From NCBI GenBank assembly GCA_965233585.1, contig CBDDTI010000747.1, forward strand, positions 864,001-928,000: a DNA stretch of 64,000 nucleotides. The letters run 5' to 3'. A program made the translations under genes and the position numbers. The notes under the pieces were generated by a model, which ran no database searches, was not told the origin of the DNA, and saw only the letters and a program-made list of their open reading frames with translations. Source of the stretch: a bacterium (GTDB taxonomy: Bacteria > SAR324 > NAC60-12). Below are positions 1-8,660 of this stretch, in pieces (positions within the stretch are counted from its first letter, which is position 1; the number at the start of each line of letters is the position of its first letter).

Positions 1-232
1 GAGTATCAGCCACAGCAGCACCTGCAGGGCTGACATGCTTGAATGATGTTGCCGCAGGTAAATCAAGAGCAAGGTCAAGTTCTCTGACAAGTTGCCACGC
101 ATTGAGTGCATCAAGTAGATTGATGTAACCAGCAGAACCATTGAGAATTTGAAAAGGTGCTGGGTTTGGAATTTTTAACTTGGCAGGTGTCTGATGAGGA
201 TTGCAACCATATTTAAGCAAAAGTTCTTCCAT
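1..232 (-). CDS. purH: AICAR transformylase, short PurH form without an N-terminal IMP cyclohydrolase domain (5' part; runs off the window edge)
   Basis: Manual translation from ATG 232: [14 protein letters not shown]...[18 protein letters not shown]...[12 protein letters not shown]. LxYGxNPHQ and KHxxPxG are AICARFT motifs. Confidence 0.88.
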   Translation of the reverse strand, partial: MEELLLKYGCNPHQTPAKLKIPNPAPFQILNGSAGYINLLDALNAWQLVRELDLALDLPAATSFKHVSPAGAAVADT

Positions 233-314
233 GAGTTCATAGAGATTTTTTGTGAAAAGTAGAACAATATAGCATTGACCAATCAATAAATTCAATCACT
301 TCCATTTTATCTGA

Positions 315-1157
315 ATGACCATGCAAACATTTTTAGACCAAATCCGTCAAGAAAAACAACCGCACCTTGAGCAACGTAAAAAACACGAGTCTCAATTATT
401 CAAACTGATTGACACGACCGCCAAACCAATTTCTTTTGCAGATACCCTCATTCGCCCAAAGTCCTCCCCGCCTGCTGTCATTGCAGAGGTCAAGCCCAAG
501 GCACCGGGAAGAGTCAATGCAGAAAATTTTGATGTAAAAGAGGTTGTTCAGAATTACGAGAAAGGCGGGGCTGCTGCGATGTCTGTCTTGACGGATAGCC
601 TGTATTTTGGGGGAAGTCTTGAATTGCTTCAACAAGTGGCATCTCATAGCAAACTGCCATTACTTAATAAGGAATTTATTTTTGATGAATTTCAGCTACT
701 GGAAGCACGAGCTTTTGGGGCGTCTGCCGTTTTAATCCTCACTCACTATTTCAATGAGCAAGAATTGGAAACCATCATCAAAGCTGCAACCAAACTAGAC
801 TTAACACCGGTCGTTGAGTGTTCTATTCCTGAAGAGCTTCCGCGAGCTTTAGCAGTGAATCCTCAAGTTTTACTGGTCAATAACCGACCCATTTCAAAAA
901 TCCCTGCCAACCCTGTCAAAACTTATCAACAAGGTTCTATCCAAACCAGCATAGAATGGTGGCAAAATTTTCCAAATCTTGCCAAGTGGAAGGAATCCTC
1001 ACCAGATAAAAGACTCATTAGTGCCAGTTGTATTGAAAACTCTGACGACGTTTCACAAATTGCCAAACTGCCCTATGATGCCATTTTGATTGGAAACTCT
1101 GCCATGACTGCACCCAATCCTATTGAATTTCTAAAAAATTTAATGTCTCCAATTTAA
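315..1157 (+). CDS. trpC: Indole-3-glycerol phosphate synthase (divergent)
   Basis: Motifs VIAEVK, GAAAMSVLTD..YFGGS, PLLNKEFI, GASAVLIL, VVE, VNNR. Confidence 0.85.
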   Translation: MTMQTFLDQIRQEKQPHLEQRKKHESQLFKLIDTTAKPISFADTLIRPKSSPPAVIAEVKPKAPGRVNAENFDVKEVVQNYEKGGAAAMSVLTDSLYFGGSLELLQQVASHSKLPLLNKEFIFDEFQLLEARAFGASAVLILTHYFNEQELETIIKAATKLDLTPVVECSIPEELPRALAVNPQVLLVNNRPISKIPANPVKTYQQGSIQTSIEWWQNFPNLAKWKESSPDKRLISASCIENSDDVSQIAKLPYDAILIGNSAMTAPNPIEFLKNLMSPI

Positions 1158-1163
1158 AACACC

Positions 1164-1192
1164 TTGATTTTTAAATATGACTCAAGTAGAAT
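1164..1192 (+). promoter_or_regulatory. Sigma70-like promoter upstream of the cas12 gene
   Basis: TTGATT (1164-1169), a 17-nt spacer and TAGAAT (1187-1192), ending 24 nt before ATG 1217. Confidence 0.6.
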
Positions 1193-1216
1193 TTTGACCT
1201 TTTTTTCGCTCCTTTT

Positions 1217-4200
1217 ATGACATACACGATGGACAATTCAAACAAGAATAATTCAGACAAAATTTGGCAATACACAAAAGGCATTCGCTTCAAAGCAGAA
1301 TCCCAAGGAGAGATCCAAAACTCTCATTTAAAGCATCAACAAGGAGGTAAAGCAGACATTGCAGAGTTTGCACAAGACAGTCAGCAATTTGTTAAAGACT
1401 TCAAAACCTTTATTTTTTATAAAAACGAAAAGACTGGTCAACAGGGATTAGTCAGCAAGATTGACATCAACAAAAGCTGGTTGAAATTATTTTGCGGACA
1501 GAATTTTTATGAAAAAACACGCCATTCAGGAAAAGGCAAAGGAAGTGGCTACTCCCTCAAAGACGTTTCTTTTTTACAAGAAAAGTTAAATGAGTGGATT
1601 AAAGACTGGAGTAAAGCAGTCAAGACTTTGAGCGATTTGAATGACAAGCCTGATGAATCACAAAACAGACGTTCAGACATGGCGTTGCAGATTCAAATGC
1701 TCAAAAGCCATCGCATGCTTAACTTCATGAGTCAGTTTTTAGAAAGCATCAATCACAAAGAAGAGCAACAGTCACTCAATCAACTCAAAGACCGATTTTC
1801 AAAGATTGAAGAAGCAGTCAAAGCACTGGAACAAGAGTTTTTACCTTCTCAAGGGGCAGGGGTGCTTGTCGCACGTGCAAGCATGAACTATTACACCGTC
1901 AGTAAAAAACCAAAAGAGTATAAAAAATATCAAGAAGACCTAGAAAACCAATTAGAAGGAAAAACTTATGCGATAAAAAAAGAACAAGACGGATATGCTT
2001 GGTATGACAAAGGAAAGAAGTTTTTCACTTTCAAAAGCAAACAAGAAAAAGAATGGTTAAGAAGAAGTTTATCTGGAATCAACGGAAGCCTTAAAGATGA
2101 AACAAAGCTCACTATTCAAGAAACTTATGAAATGATGAAAGAATTTAAAGCTGAGCAGAAAGCGGTCTTTTATGAAATCATCAGGAAAATTGCTAACAAT
2201 GAACGTTCTGAATATGAAATTAAAAATGAAAACTTTCTGTTAAAAGGTTTTAAAATTCCTGCTACTGATTTTAAAGATTGGGAGGCTTTAAACAAAACTT
2301 TTTCATTGTTTCAATTCAAAAATGAAGAAGATTATAAAAAGTTTACAGATTTAGATAAAGAAATCCAAAGGCTCGCAACCAAGAAAAACCAAAGTGGAAA
2401 TCCAGATGAAAAGAAACGTCTAGCTTCTCAAATTACTAAGAAAAAGAAAGAAAAAGGGAAATACCTTTTTGGAAAAAATTGTTATTTCAAAGTCTATGGT
2501 GAATTTTGTGAATCTTTCAAAACGATTGCTATGAAATTGGGAAAGCTGAAAGCACAAATCAAAGGGATTGAAAAAGAACGTCTAGAAGCGGTGAATACTC
2601 AATTTTGGTCTTTGATTTTTGAAGAAATAAAACAAGAGAAAACAGAACGTTTTTTGTGGCTCATTCCCAAAGAAACAGCCGATTTCCAAGAAGCTAAAAA
2701 GTTTCTGGATAATCTTGAAGGAGACAAAGTACAAAATCCAATAGGTCATGTTCGTTATTTTAAATCTTTGACCATGAGGGCATTACATAAACTTTGTTTT
2801 GCTGAAGAGTCAACTTTTGTCAAAGACATGCAAAAAGAAGATCGTTCTCTTCATTCCATGTTTAAAGCTGCTAAAGAGTTTAAAACCGATGGAGATAAGC
2901 AAAAATTAGAACAGAGACGCGAAAAAGAATTAAAGGCTTTGCAAGCCGTTTTAAAATCCAACTATGCTCAAAAGCATTTAGATTTAGAAGATTTTGATTT
3001 GTCAAAAGTTACCTTAGATGAGTTTGAAATTGAACTAGAAAAGGCTTGTTATGTGGTCAAAAAGATTCCTTTTAATGAGCAAAACAAAAGTTATTTTTTA
3101 AAAGAATTTGATGTTTCAGTCTTTAAACTGACTTCTTACGATTTGGAAGGAAAGAATAAAACCAGTCAAGAACGTGCTCACACTAGACTTTGGAGAAAGT
3201 TCTGGGAGAAAGGAGAAGCTGAAAAAATTAGGCTGAACCCTGAAATACAAATCAGATTCAGAAAGGCAGATGATGGAATCAAGGCATTTTTGCAAAAAAA
3301 TAAATTTGACCTGAAAAAAGACGAATTTCATCACCGCAGATTACAAGACCAATACACTGCTCACTTGACTTTTGCCCTCAATGCAGGAGCAAAACACCCT
3401 GAACTTGCCTTTATGAAACCTGAAGAATTGCGAAAAAAAATCAATGACTTCAATGACGATTTTAACAAACGACAAGACTTTGAGGATTTATGGAAGTTTG
3501 GCATTGACAGAGGAAACATAGAATTAGCAACACTTTGCATTGCCAAGTTCAAAAAAGAAGAAATTTATCAATACAAAGACAAAAAGTTTCCTAAACCGAC
3601 TTTTCCAGTGGGAGAAGAAGAAATCAAATGTTTAGAATTGAAACCAGAATACTTAACGCATCGTGAAAAAGCCAAACCAACTGATGAAAGAGAAAAAGAA
3701 GTGATTGCTAATTTGTCTTATTTCATGGACAGGAAAGATTGGTTTGAAGAAAAAAGTTGCACGTGCATTGACCTCACCACTGCTAAAGTCATCAAGGGGC
3801 AAATTGTTTTAAACGGAGACATTCGCACTTACCTTAAACTCAAAAAGGAAAATGCCAAACGTAAAATCTATGACCTTTTTCATGCAGGAAAAATTGAACC
3901 TGATGAGATTTTGCATTGGATTGAAACAGAAGAAAGTGATGGTTTGCTTGTGCCAAGTTCTATTCAAGATGAAAACGTTCTGAAACAACAAGAAAAACCA
4001 GAAAACTATGGACTTTATTTTCATAGTGATAAGTTTGAAACCATTCTTGCCAAAGAAGCAGATGAGTGTTTTGCAGACCATGGCAAGGAGTTTTTTGACT
4101 CTGAAAAATTGACAAAAGATGAGCAACAATTTTTTGGTTGTGATTTTGAAAAAATGACGACGGAACAAAAAGCCAAATACCGCATCAGGCAAAATTTGGA

Positions 4201-5116
4201 ATACTATCTTGATGAATTAAGAAAACTCAAAGATTCTCGTGAAGGTGACAAATCCAAAAGTCAAGAAGCACGCAAAGCTAATGAACACACACCAACTATT
4301 GACAAGCTCAATGCTCTTCGGGATTCCATCACTGCCAATATGATTGGTGTCATTTTTCATCTGCAAAAACAATATCCGGGAATTGTCATTTTGGAAGATT
4401 TGAACAAAGGAACTTTAGACAGGCATTTCAATGAACATAATGAAAATATTTCACGCCGTTTGGAAATGAAGCTTTATCAAAAATTCCAAACCCTTGGTCA
4501 AGTTCCTCCTCATTTGAAAGATGTTATTGAAATTAGGGAAGCCGTGAGAGAGGAATACAGATCCAAAATAGAAAAAAAACCTAAAGACTATCAAGAATTG
4601 AGTAAACGTAAACAAGGGAAAACTGATAGAGAAATAAAAAAGACTTTAGGGGAATTTACTATGCAACTGGGAGCGATTGTCTTTACCAGTGAGTTTGAAA
4701 CAAGCGGGAAATGTCCCTATTGTGAGAATCCATGGGTTTGGGATAAAAACAACAATGAAGAAGGATTAACTATAAAAAAGTTAAAATTTCAACAACAGCG
4801 TTATCTTTGTGGCAAACATAAAAAAATGTGTGGTTTTGACACCAAAAAACTCAATTCTTCTGACATGCTTGCTGAAATCAATGACCCTGATAAAGTGGCA
4901 GCATACAATGTGGCAAAGAAAATTCAAAAACCTAAGGATATTCAGAAATTGCCAGAACCAAAGATTAAAAAAGAAGAAGGAACAAACGGAGGCAACGATT
5001 CACCTAAAAAAACAAACAACCATCAACAACCATCTTCAAAATCTCAAAAAAAGAAGGAGGAGAAGCCTATCAATCCAGATTCTCCATTTGCAGCCATGAA
5101 AGATTTGGTCAAATAA
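1217..5116 (+). CDS. cas12a2: Type V CRISPR effector nuclease, Cas12a2/Cms1 family (SmCms1-like clade, i.e. Cas12a3-like)
   Basis: 1299 aa. N-terminal YTKGIRFK (WED-I-like). RuvC-I FGIDRGNIELATLCI (D764), RuvC-II IVILEDL (E1060), zinc ribbon TSGKCPYC...C..x6..CGFDT (C1166/1169/1198/1205), RuvC-III NDPDKVAAYNVAKK (D1225). Family motifs LPSQGAG...ASMNYYT, GKLKAQIKGIEKER, SLTMRALHKLCF, RLNPEI, DLTTAKVIKGQIVLNGD and ANMIGVI match Cms1/Cas12a2 sequences as I recall them. Confidence 0.92.
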   Translation: MTYTMDNSNKNNSDKIWQYTKGIRFKAESQGEIQNSHLKHQQGGKADIAEFAQDSQQFVKDFKTFIFYKNEKTGQQGLVSKIDINKSWLKLFCGQNFYEKTRHSGKGKGSGYSLKDVSFLQEKLNEWIKDWSKAVKTLSDLNDKPDESQNRRSDMALQIQMLKSHRMLNFMSQFLESINHKEEQQSLNQLKDRFSKIEEAVKALEQEFLPSQGAGVLVARASMNYYTVSKKPKEYKKYQEDLENQLEGKTYAIKKEQDGYAWYDKGKKFFTFKSKQEKEWLRRSLSGINGSLKDETKLTIQETYEMMKEFKAEQKAVFYEIIRKIANNERSEYEIKNENFLLKGFKIPATDFKDWEALNKTFSLFQFKNEEDYKKFTDLDKEIQRLATKKNQSGNPDEKKRLASQITKKKKEKGKYLFGKNCYFKVYGEFCESFKTIAMKLGKLKAQIKGIEKERLEAVNTQFWSLIFEEIKQEKTERFLWLIPKETADFQEAKKFLDNLEGDKVQNPIGHVRYFKSLTMRALHKLCFAEESTFVKDMQKEDRSLHSMFKAAKEFKTDGDKQKLEQRREKELKALQAVLKSNYAQKHLDLEDFDLSKVTLDEFEIELEKACYVVKKIPFNEQNKSYFLKEFDVSVFKLTSYDLEGKNKTSQERAHTRLWRKFWEKGEAEKIRLNPEIQIRFRKADDGIKAFLQKNKFDLKKDEFHHRRLQDQYTAHLTFALNAGAKHPELAFMKPEELRKKINDFNDDFNKRQDFEDLWKFGIDRGNIELATLCIAKFKKEEIYQYKDKKFPKPTFPVGEEEIKCLELKPEYLTHREKAKPTDEREKEVIANLSYFMDRKDWFEEKSCTCIDLTTAKVIKGQIVLNGDIRTYLKLKKENAKRKIYDLFHAGKIEPDEILHWIETEESDGLLVPSSIQDENVLKQQEKPENYGLYFHSDKFETILAKEADECFADHGKEFFDSEKLTKDEQQFFGCDFEKMTTEQKAKYRIRQNLEYYLDELRKLKDSREGDKSKSQEARKANEHTPTIDKLNALRDSITANMIGVIFHLQKQYPGIVILEDLNKGTLDRHFNEHNENISRRLEMKLYQKFQTLGQVPPHLKDVIEIREAVREEYRSKIEKKPKDYQELSKRKQGKTDREIKKTLGEFTMQLGAIVFTSEFETSGKCPYCENPWVWDKNNNEEGLTIKKLKFQQQRYLCGKHKKMCGFDTKKLNSSDMLAEINDPDKVAAYNVAKKIQKPKDIQKLPEPKIKKEEGTNGGNDSPKKTNNHQQPSSKSQKKKEEKPINPDSPFAAMKDLVK

Positions 5117-5173
5117 CTAGCCTATCTTTAGTATTGTCAACATGTTTGGTAAATTTGAAAAAATGAAAAAACT

Positions 5174-7237
5174 ATGAATACTTATTACATCTACATTGAT
5201 GAAAGTGGGAGTTTTGAAAAGTCAAAAGATCATTCATTTGTTGGCGGTTTTATCACTCAAATTGCTCCAGAAAGTTTGTTTCAAAAGATGCAAGAGACTT
5301 TGCAAAGTTTTCAAAATCGGTACGGTGAAGTTTTAGGTTTAGATGACCTTCATGCCGCTGAACTTTTACACCCTGAAAAATTTTATAAAGAACCATTGAA
5401 TGAAAAGCAAAAGGAGAAACAAATTAAATACACAGGTATTGATTGGAAAATCAGAAAAGAATTTATTCAATCGTTTCAAAAACTTGTAGAAGATGTATCT
5501 CTTTGTTTCATCAAAAGTAAAAACGAACAGTTTCAATTTGGAGGAGAAGATCAGCAAAGTCGTTATGGAAATTGTTTGGGAGCTTGGTTGCAAAAAGCGA
5601 TTGAGGTTTTAGATGAAAAGGAACAAGGCAATCAGTTTCAAATAGAATTTGCAATCGCAAGAAGACATCAAGGTTGCTTGCCTGATGGGAGAAATCACAA
5701 AACTTATCATCAAAGAATGGATGACTACTTCCAACAACTCATCAAAGAACACTCTAACATTGAGAATAAAAAACAATTTATACTGAACATTAAAAATTTA
5801 CTTAAATTGTCAGATGTGGCATGCTTTATTCTGAGAGATGACAGCTGTCTTAACATTTCTAACTCATCTCATGTTTATCAAACGAAACCTAATGAGGTTT
5901 CTAACAATAGTTACCAAAATTTTCGTAAAAAACAACAAGATGATTTGGTCAAGACAGGAGAAATTGCAACAGCATATCGTCATGCTTTGAATGAACAAGA
6001 AAAAGGTAAAATTTTTGAAAAACTTTCTCAAATTGACCAAAAATCACAAGCAACGCAGCTTCGTTATTTTTTAGACTTATCTTATGGGTTGGTAGAACGT
6101 AGAACTTCTGAAAAAAATGCTTTAACGCAAGCAAAAGAGATTTTTGAGAAAATCTTAAAGACTTTTCAAAATTCAGAGAATGAAGACATTCAAAGAATTG
6201 TCAAAGGTGCAGTCAATGGTTTGATTTTATGTGCAAATCATTCAGGGGAGGTTGTCCAGCAAATTGATTTGACAGAACAGGCACAAAAGATCATTCAAAA
6301 TCAAAAAACTTTACCTGCTCCAGTACGCTATGCAGAAATTTTAGAAATTCGTAATCGTGCTTGGAATGACCAATTTAATGACTATTTGTTTGATGACATT
6401 ATTGAAGGTTTTGAGAATGAAGTTGAACGTTATGAAACATTCATACAGACTGCCAAAGAGCAAGGTGTTCTGCCAAAAAATGAAAAAGACCATTTGTTGC
6501 ACAAACTCTTTGGAACTTTAGGGCAGGCTTATGCTTTTCTTTCTGCTCAAGACTTAGATTACTTTGAAGGAGCTGTTCAATATTTTGAAAAATCTTTGCA
6601 ATCTTTTGAGGCAGACCTCAATGATTTACGAACACCGATTTTCTTTGCAACATTGTATTGGTATCACAAAAAATTTAAAGAAGCTCAACAAATTTTAAGA
6701 GATTATGGGATTGTTTCTTCCTCTCAAACTTTGACACAAAGTTTATTTAAAACGTTAGAAAAATCAGATAAAAACCAAGCATTTTGTCTTTCTATTTTGT
6801 TACGTTTGATTATAGAAAAGAATTTAATAGATTTGGATTCGTTAGAAAAAATAAATCATCAAATAGAAAATCTTTTTAAAGAAACTCATCCGTTTGAATT
6901 GATTTATAAATGGTTGGGAATTGCTTATTTCAATCTAAAAAAACAAGAAAAAGCTATCAAATGTTTTGATAAAGCTCTTAAGATAAAAGACGGCTTAACG
7001 ATGCAAACGATTAACCTTTCTACTCATGCTTTAAAAATCATCGCTTGCCAACAACTCAACTATGACTTTCAAAAAGAGTTGGAGAGTTTTAAAGAATCCT
7101 TACATCAAGTCACCACAGACTCACTAGGTTTTAAAATTTACATTGAAGACAGAGGAGGTCAAGAATCTTTGATGCAGGAAGTTGAGGGTCAAGAGATTGA
7201 AAACGTGAACAGATGGCTACCTTTTACTTATGCTTAA
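5174..7237 (+). CDS. Uncharacterised protein: N-terminal DUF3800-like (RNase H-like fold) domain plus C-terminal TPR-like helical repeats
   Basis: YIYIDESG at the N-terminus, LHAAEL, and LKLSDVAC (cf. DUF3800 YxDESG...LQLAD). TPR-like segments GTLGQAYAFL...AVQYFEKSL and WLGIAYFNLKKQEKAIKCFDKAL. Confidence 0.6.
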   Translation: MNTYYIYIDESGSFEKSKDHSFVGGFITQIAPESLFQKMQETLQSFQNRYGEVLGLDDLHAAELLHPEKFYKEPLNEKQKEKQIKYTGIDWKIRKEFIQSFQKLVEDVSLCFIKSKNEQFQFGGEDQQSRYGNCLGAWLQKAIEVLDEKEQGNQFQIEFAIARRHQGCLPDGRNHKTYHQRMDDYFQQLIKEHSNIENKKQFILNIKNLLKLSDVACFILRDDSCLNISNSSHVYQTKPNEVSNNSYQNFRKKQQDDLVKTGEIATAYRHALNEQEKGKIFEKLSQIDQKSQATQLRYFLDLSYGLVERRTSEKNALTQAKEIFEKILKTFQNSENEDIQRIVKGAVNGLILCANHSGEVVQQIDLTEQAQKIIQNQKTLPAPVRYAEILEIRNRAWNDQFNDYLFDDIIEGFENEVERYETFIQTAKEQGVLPKNEKDHLLHKLFGTLGQAYAFLSAQDLDYFEGAVQYFEKSLQSFEADLNDLRTPIFFATLYWYHKKFKEAQQILRDYGIVSSSQTLTQSLFKTLEKSDKNQAFCLSILLRLIIEKNLIDLDSLEKINHQIENLFKETHPFELIYKWLGIAYFNLKKQEKAIKCFDKALKIKDGLTMQTINLSTHALKIIACQQLNYDFQKELESFKESLHQVTTDSLGFKIYIEDRGGQESLMQEVEGQEIENVNRWLPFTYA

Positions 7238-7246
7238 AATTAAAAA

Positions 7247-8245
7247 ATGCTCGGTTTAGCCATTGATACAACATTTGATGATACTTCTGTTGCGGTCTTG
7301 CAAGATGAGCGGAAGTTATTGGCTAACTTGACACTTTCACAATATCAAGACCATGCAGAGTTTGGGGGAGTCGTCCCAGAACGTGCTTCTCGGAAGCATG
7401 TAGAGGTCATTCACAAGCTCATTGCTGTTGCGCTGCAGGAGTCTCAAATCACAGCACGTCAGTTGGATTATGTGGCGGTGTCTCATTGTCCGGGTTTGAT
7501 TGGTGCAATTTTAGTTGGTGTTTCTGTGGCAAAGGCGATGTCATACTCGCTTCAAATCCCATTGATTGGAGTCAATCACGTTCAGGCGCACCCCTACGCC
7601 AACGTTCTTGTGCATGGCAAATTACCTCACCCAATCGTTCATTTGGTCGTTGCAGGAGGACATACTTTGTTGTTTCATTCCAAGCAAGATATTGAGTTTC
7701 ATGTCATTGGTCAAAGCCGAGACGATGCAGCAGGTGAATGCGTGGATAAAGTCGCTAAAATGTTTGGCTACCCTATGCCCGGTGGTAAAATCGTTGACCA
7801 ATTTGCCATGAATTTTTCTGATGAAACGTATCACTTTCCCCGCCCGATGATAGACACGCCTGATGCTCATTTTTCATTTAGCGGTCTCAAAACAGCCATG
7901 CTTCGCTTTCGTCAGCAGAATCACTCTATTTTGAAAGAACAAGAAGGATTGATTTTGTCTAGCTTTTTCAGAAGTATTGCTGACGTTCTGATTGCCAAAA
8001 CGTTTCGTGCTTGTCGGAGATTGAACGTTCACAATCTTTCTGTCTCAGGAGGATTGGCAGCAAGCCAACGTCTAAAGTTTCTTTTTGAAGAGGAAGCAAA
8101 GAGGAGAAAAATCAATCTATTCTATCCTCCTGCAAAACTCTGCACAGACAATGCGGGCATGGTTGCATGTCTTGGTGCAAAATTGTTTCAGGCAGGTAAG
8201 ATAGCGTCAGCTGACCTAAAAGTGGAGGCTAATTTGGTGAGTTGA
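7247..8245 (+). CDS. tsaD: tRNA N6-adenosine threonylcarbamoyltransferase TsaD family (divergent motifs)
   Basis: HAEFGGVVPERASRKH, HVQAH metal motif, GGHT, DDAAGE..DK, FSFSGLKTA, CTDNAGMVA. Confidence 0.88.
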   Translation: MLGLAIDTTFDDTSVAVLQDERKLLANLTLSQYQDHAEFGGVVPERASRKHVEVIHKLIAVALQESQITARQLDYVAVSHCPGLIGAILVGVSVAKAMSYSLQIPLIGVNHVQAHPYANVLVHGKLPHPIVHLVVAGGHTLLFHSKQDIEFHVIGQSRDDAAGECVDKVAKMFGYPMPGGKIVDQFAMNFSDETYHFPRPMIDTPDAHFSFSGLKTAMLRFRQQNHSILKEQEGLILSSFFRSIADVLIAKTFRACRRLNVHNLSVSGGLAASQRLKFLFEEEAKRRKINLFYPPAKLCTDNAGMVACLGAKLFQAGKIASADLKVEANLVS

Positions 8246-8315
8246 TTCATTGACTTCCCACTCATAAATTGTTAAAAATAGTAAACTTGAATCCACTTGA
8301 ACAAATCTAAACCTT

Positions 8316-8660
8316 TTGAAGACAAATTTTTTAGTCGTCCTGACTGTTGCTTTCCTTTCTGCTTGTCTTTCCCAAACTATTAAGCCAGACCCTAATTCTG
8401 AACAAGTCAAATTTTTTGAAAATCCTAAATATTACACACAATGTCAGTTTATGGAAGAGATGAAGTCAATAGGATTAGCAGGGTCTCAAAATAGCTATGA
8501 ACAAGCCTTGATTAAAATCAAAAATCAAGCGATTCAAGCAGGGGGCAATTATATTCATCTGAAGCAAATCAAAACAGACAATTTGACAACAGCCATGCAA
8601 GGAGACCTTTATCTATGCCCTAATGAGTTCATACCAGAAGCAAAAGACATAGTACAATGA
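8316..8660 (+). CDS. Small lipoprotein, DUF4156/heavy-metal-binding-like fold
   Basis: Lipobox-like FLSAC, IKNQAIQAGGNYI, and C-terminal GDLYLC. Confidence 0.6.
   Translation: MKTNFLVVLTVAFLSACLSQTIKPDPNSEQVKFFENPKYYTQCQFMEEMKSIGLAGSQNSYEQALIKIKNQAIQAGGNYIHLKQIKTDNLTTAMQGDLYLCPNEFIPEAKDIVQ

Noticed and set aside
1175..1196. Minus-strand AAATTCTACT upstream of cas12, resembling a crRNA handle
   Set aside because: It is followed by TGAGTCAT rather than a GTAGA partner, so no stem forms. It is better explained as the TAGAAT -10 box.
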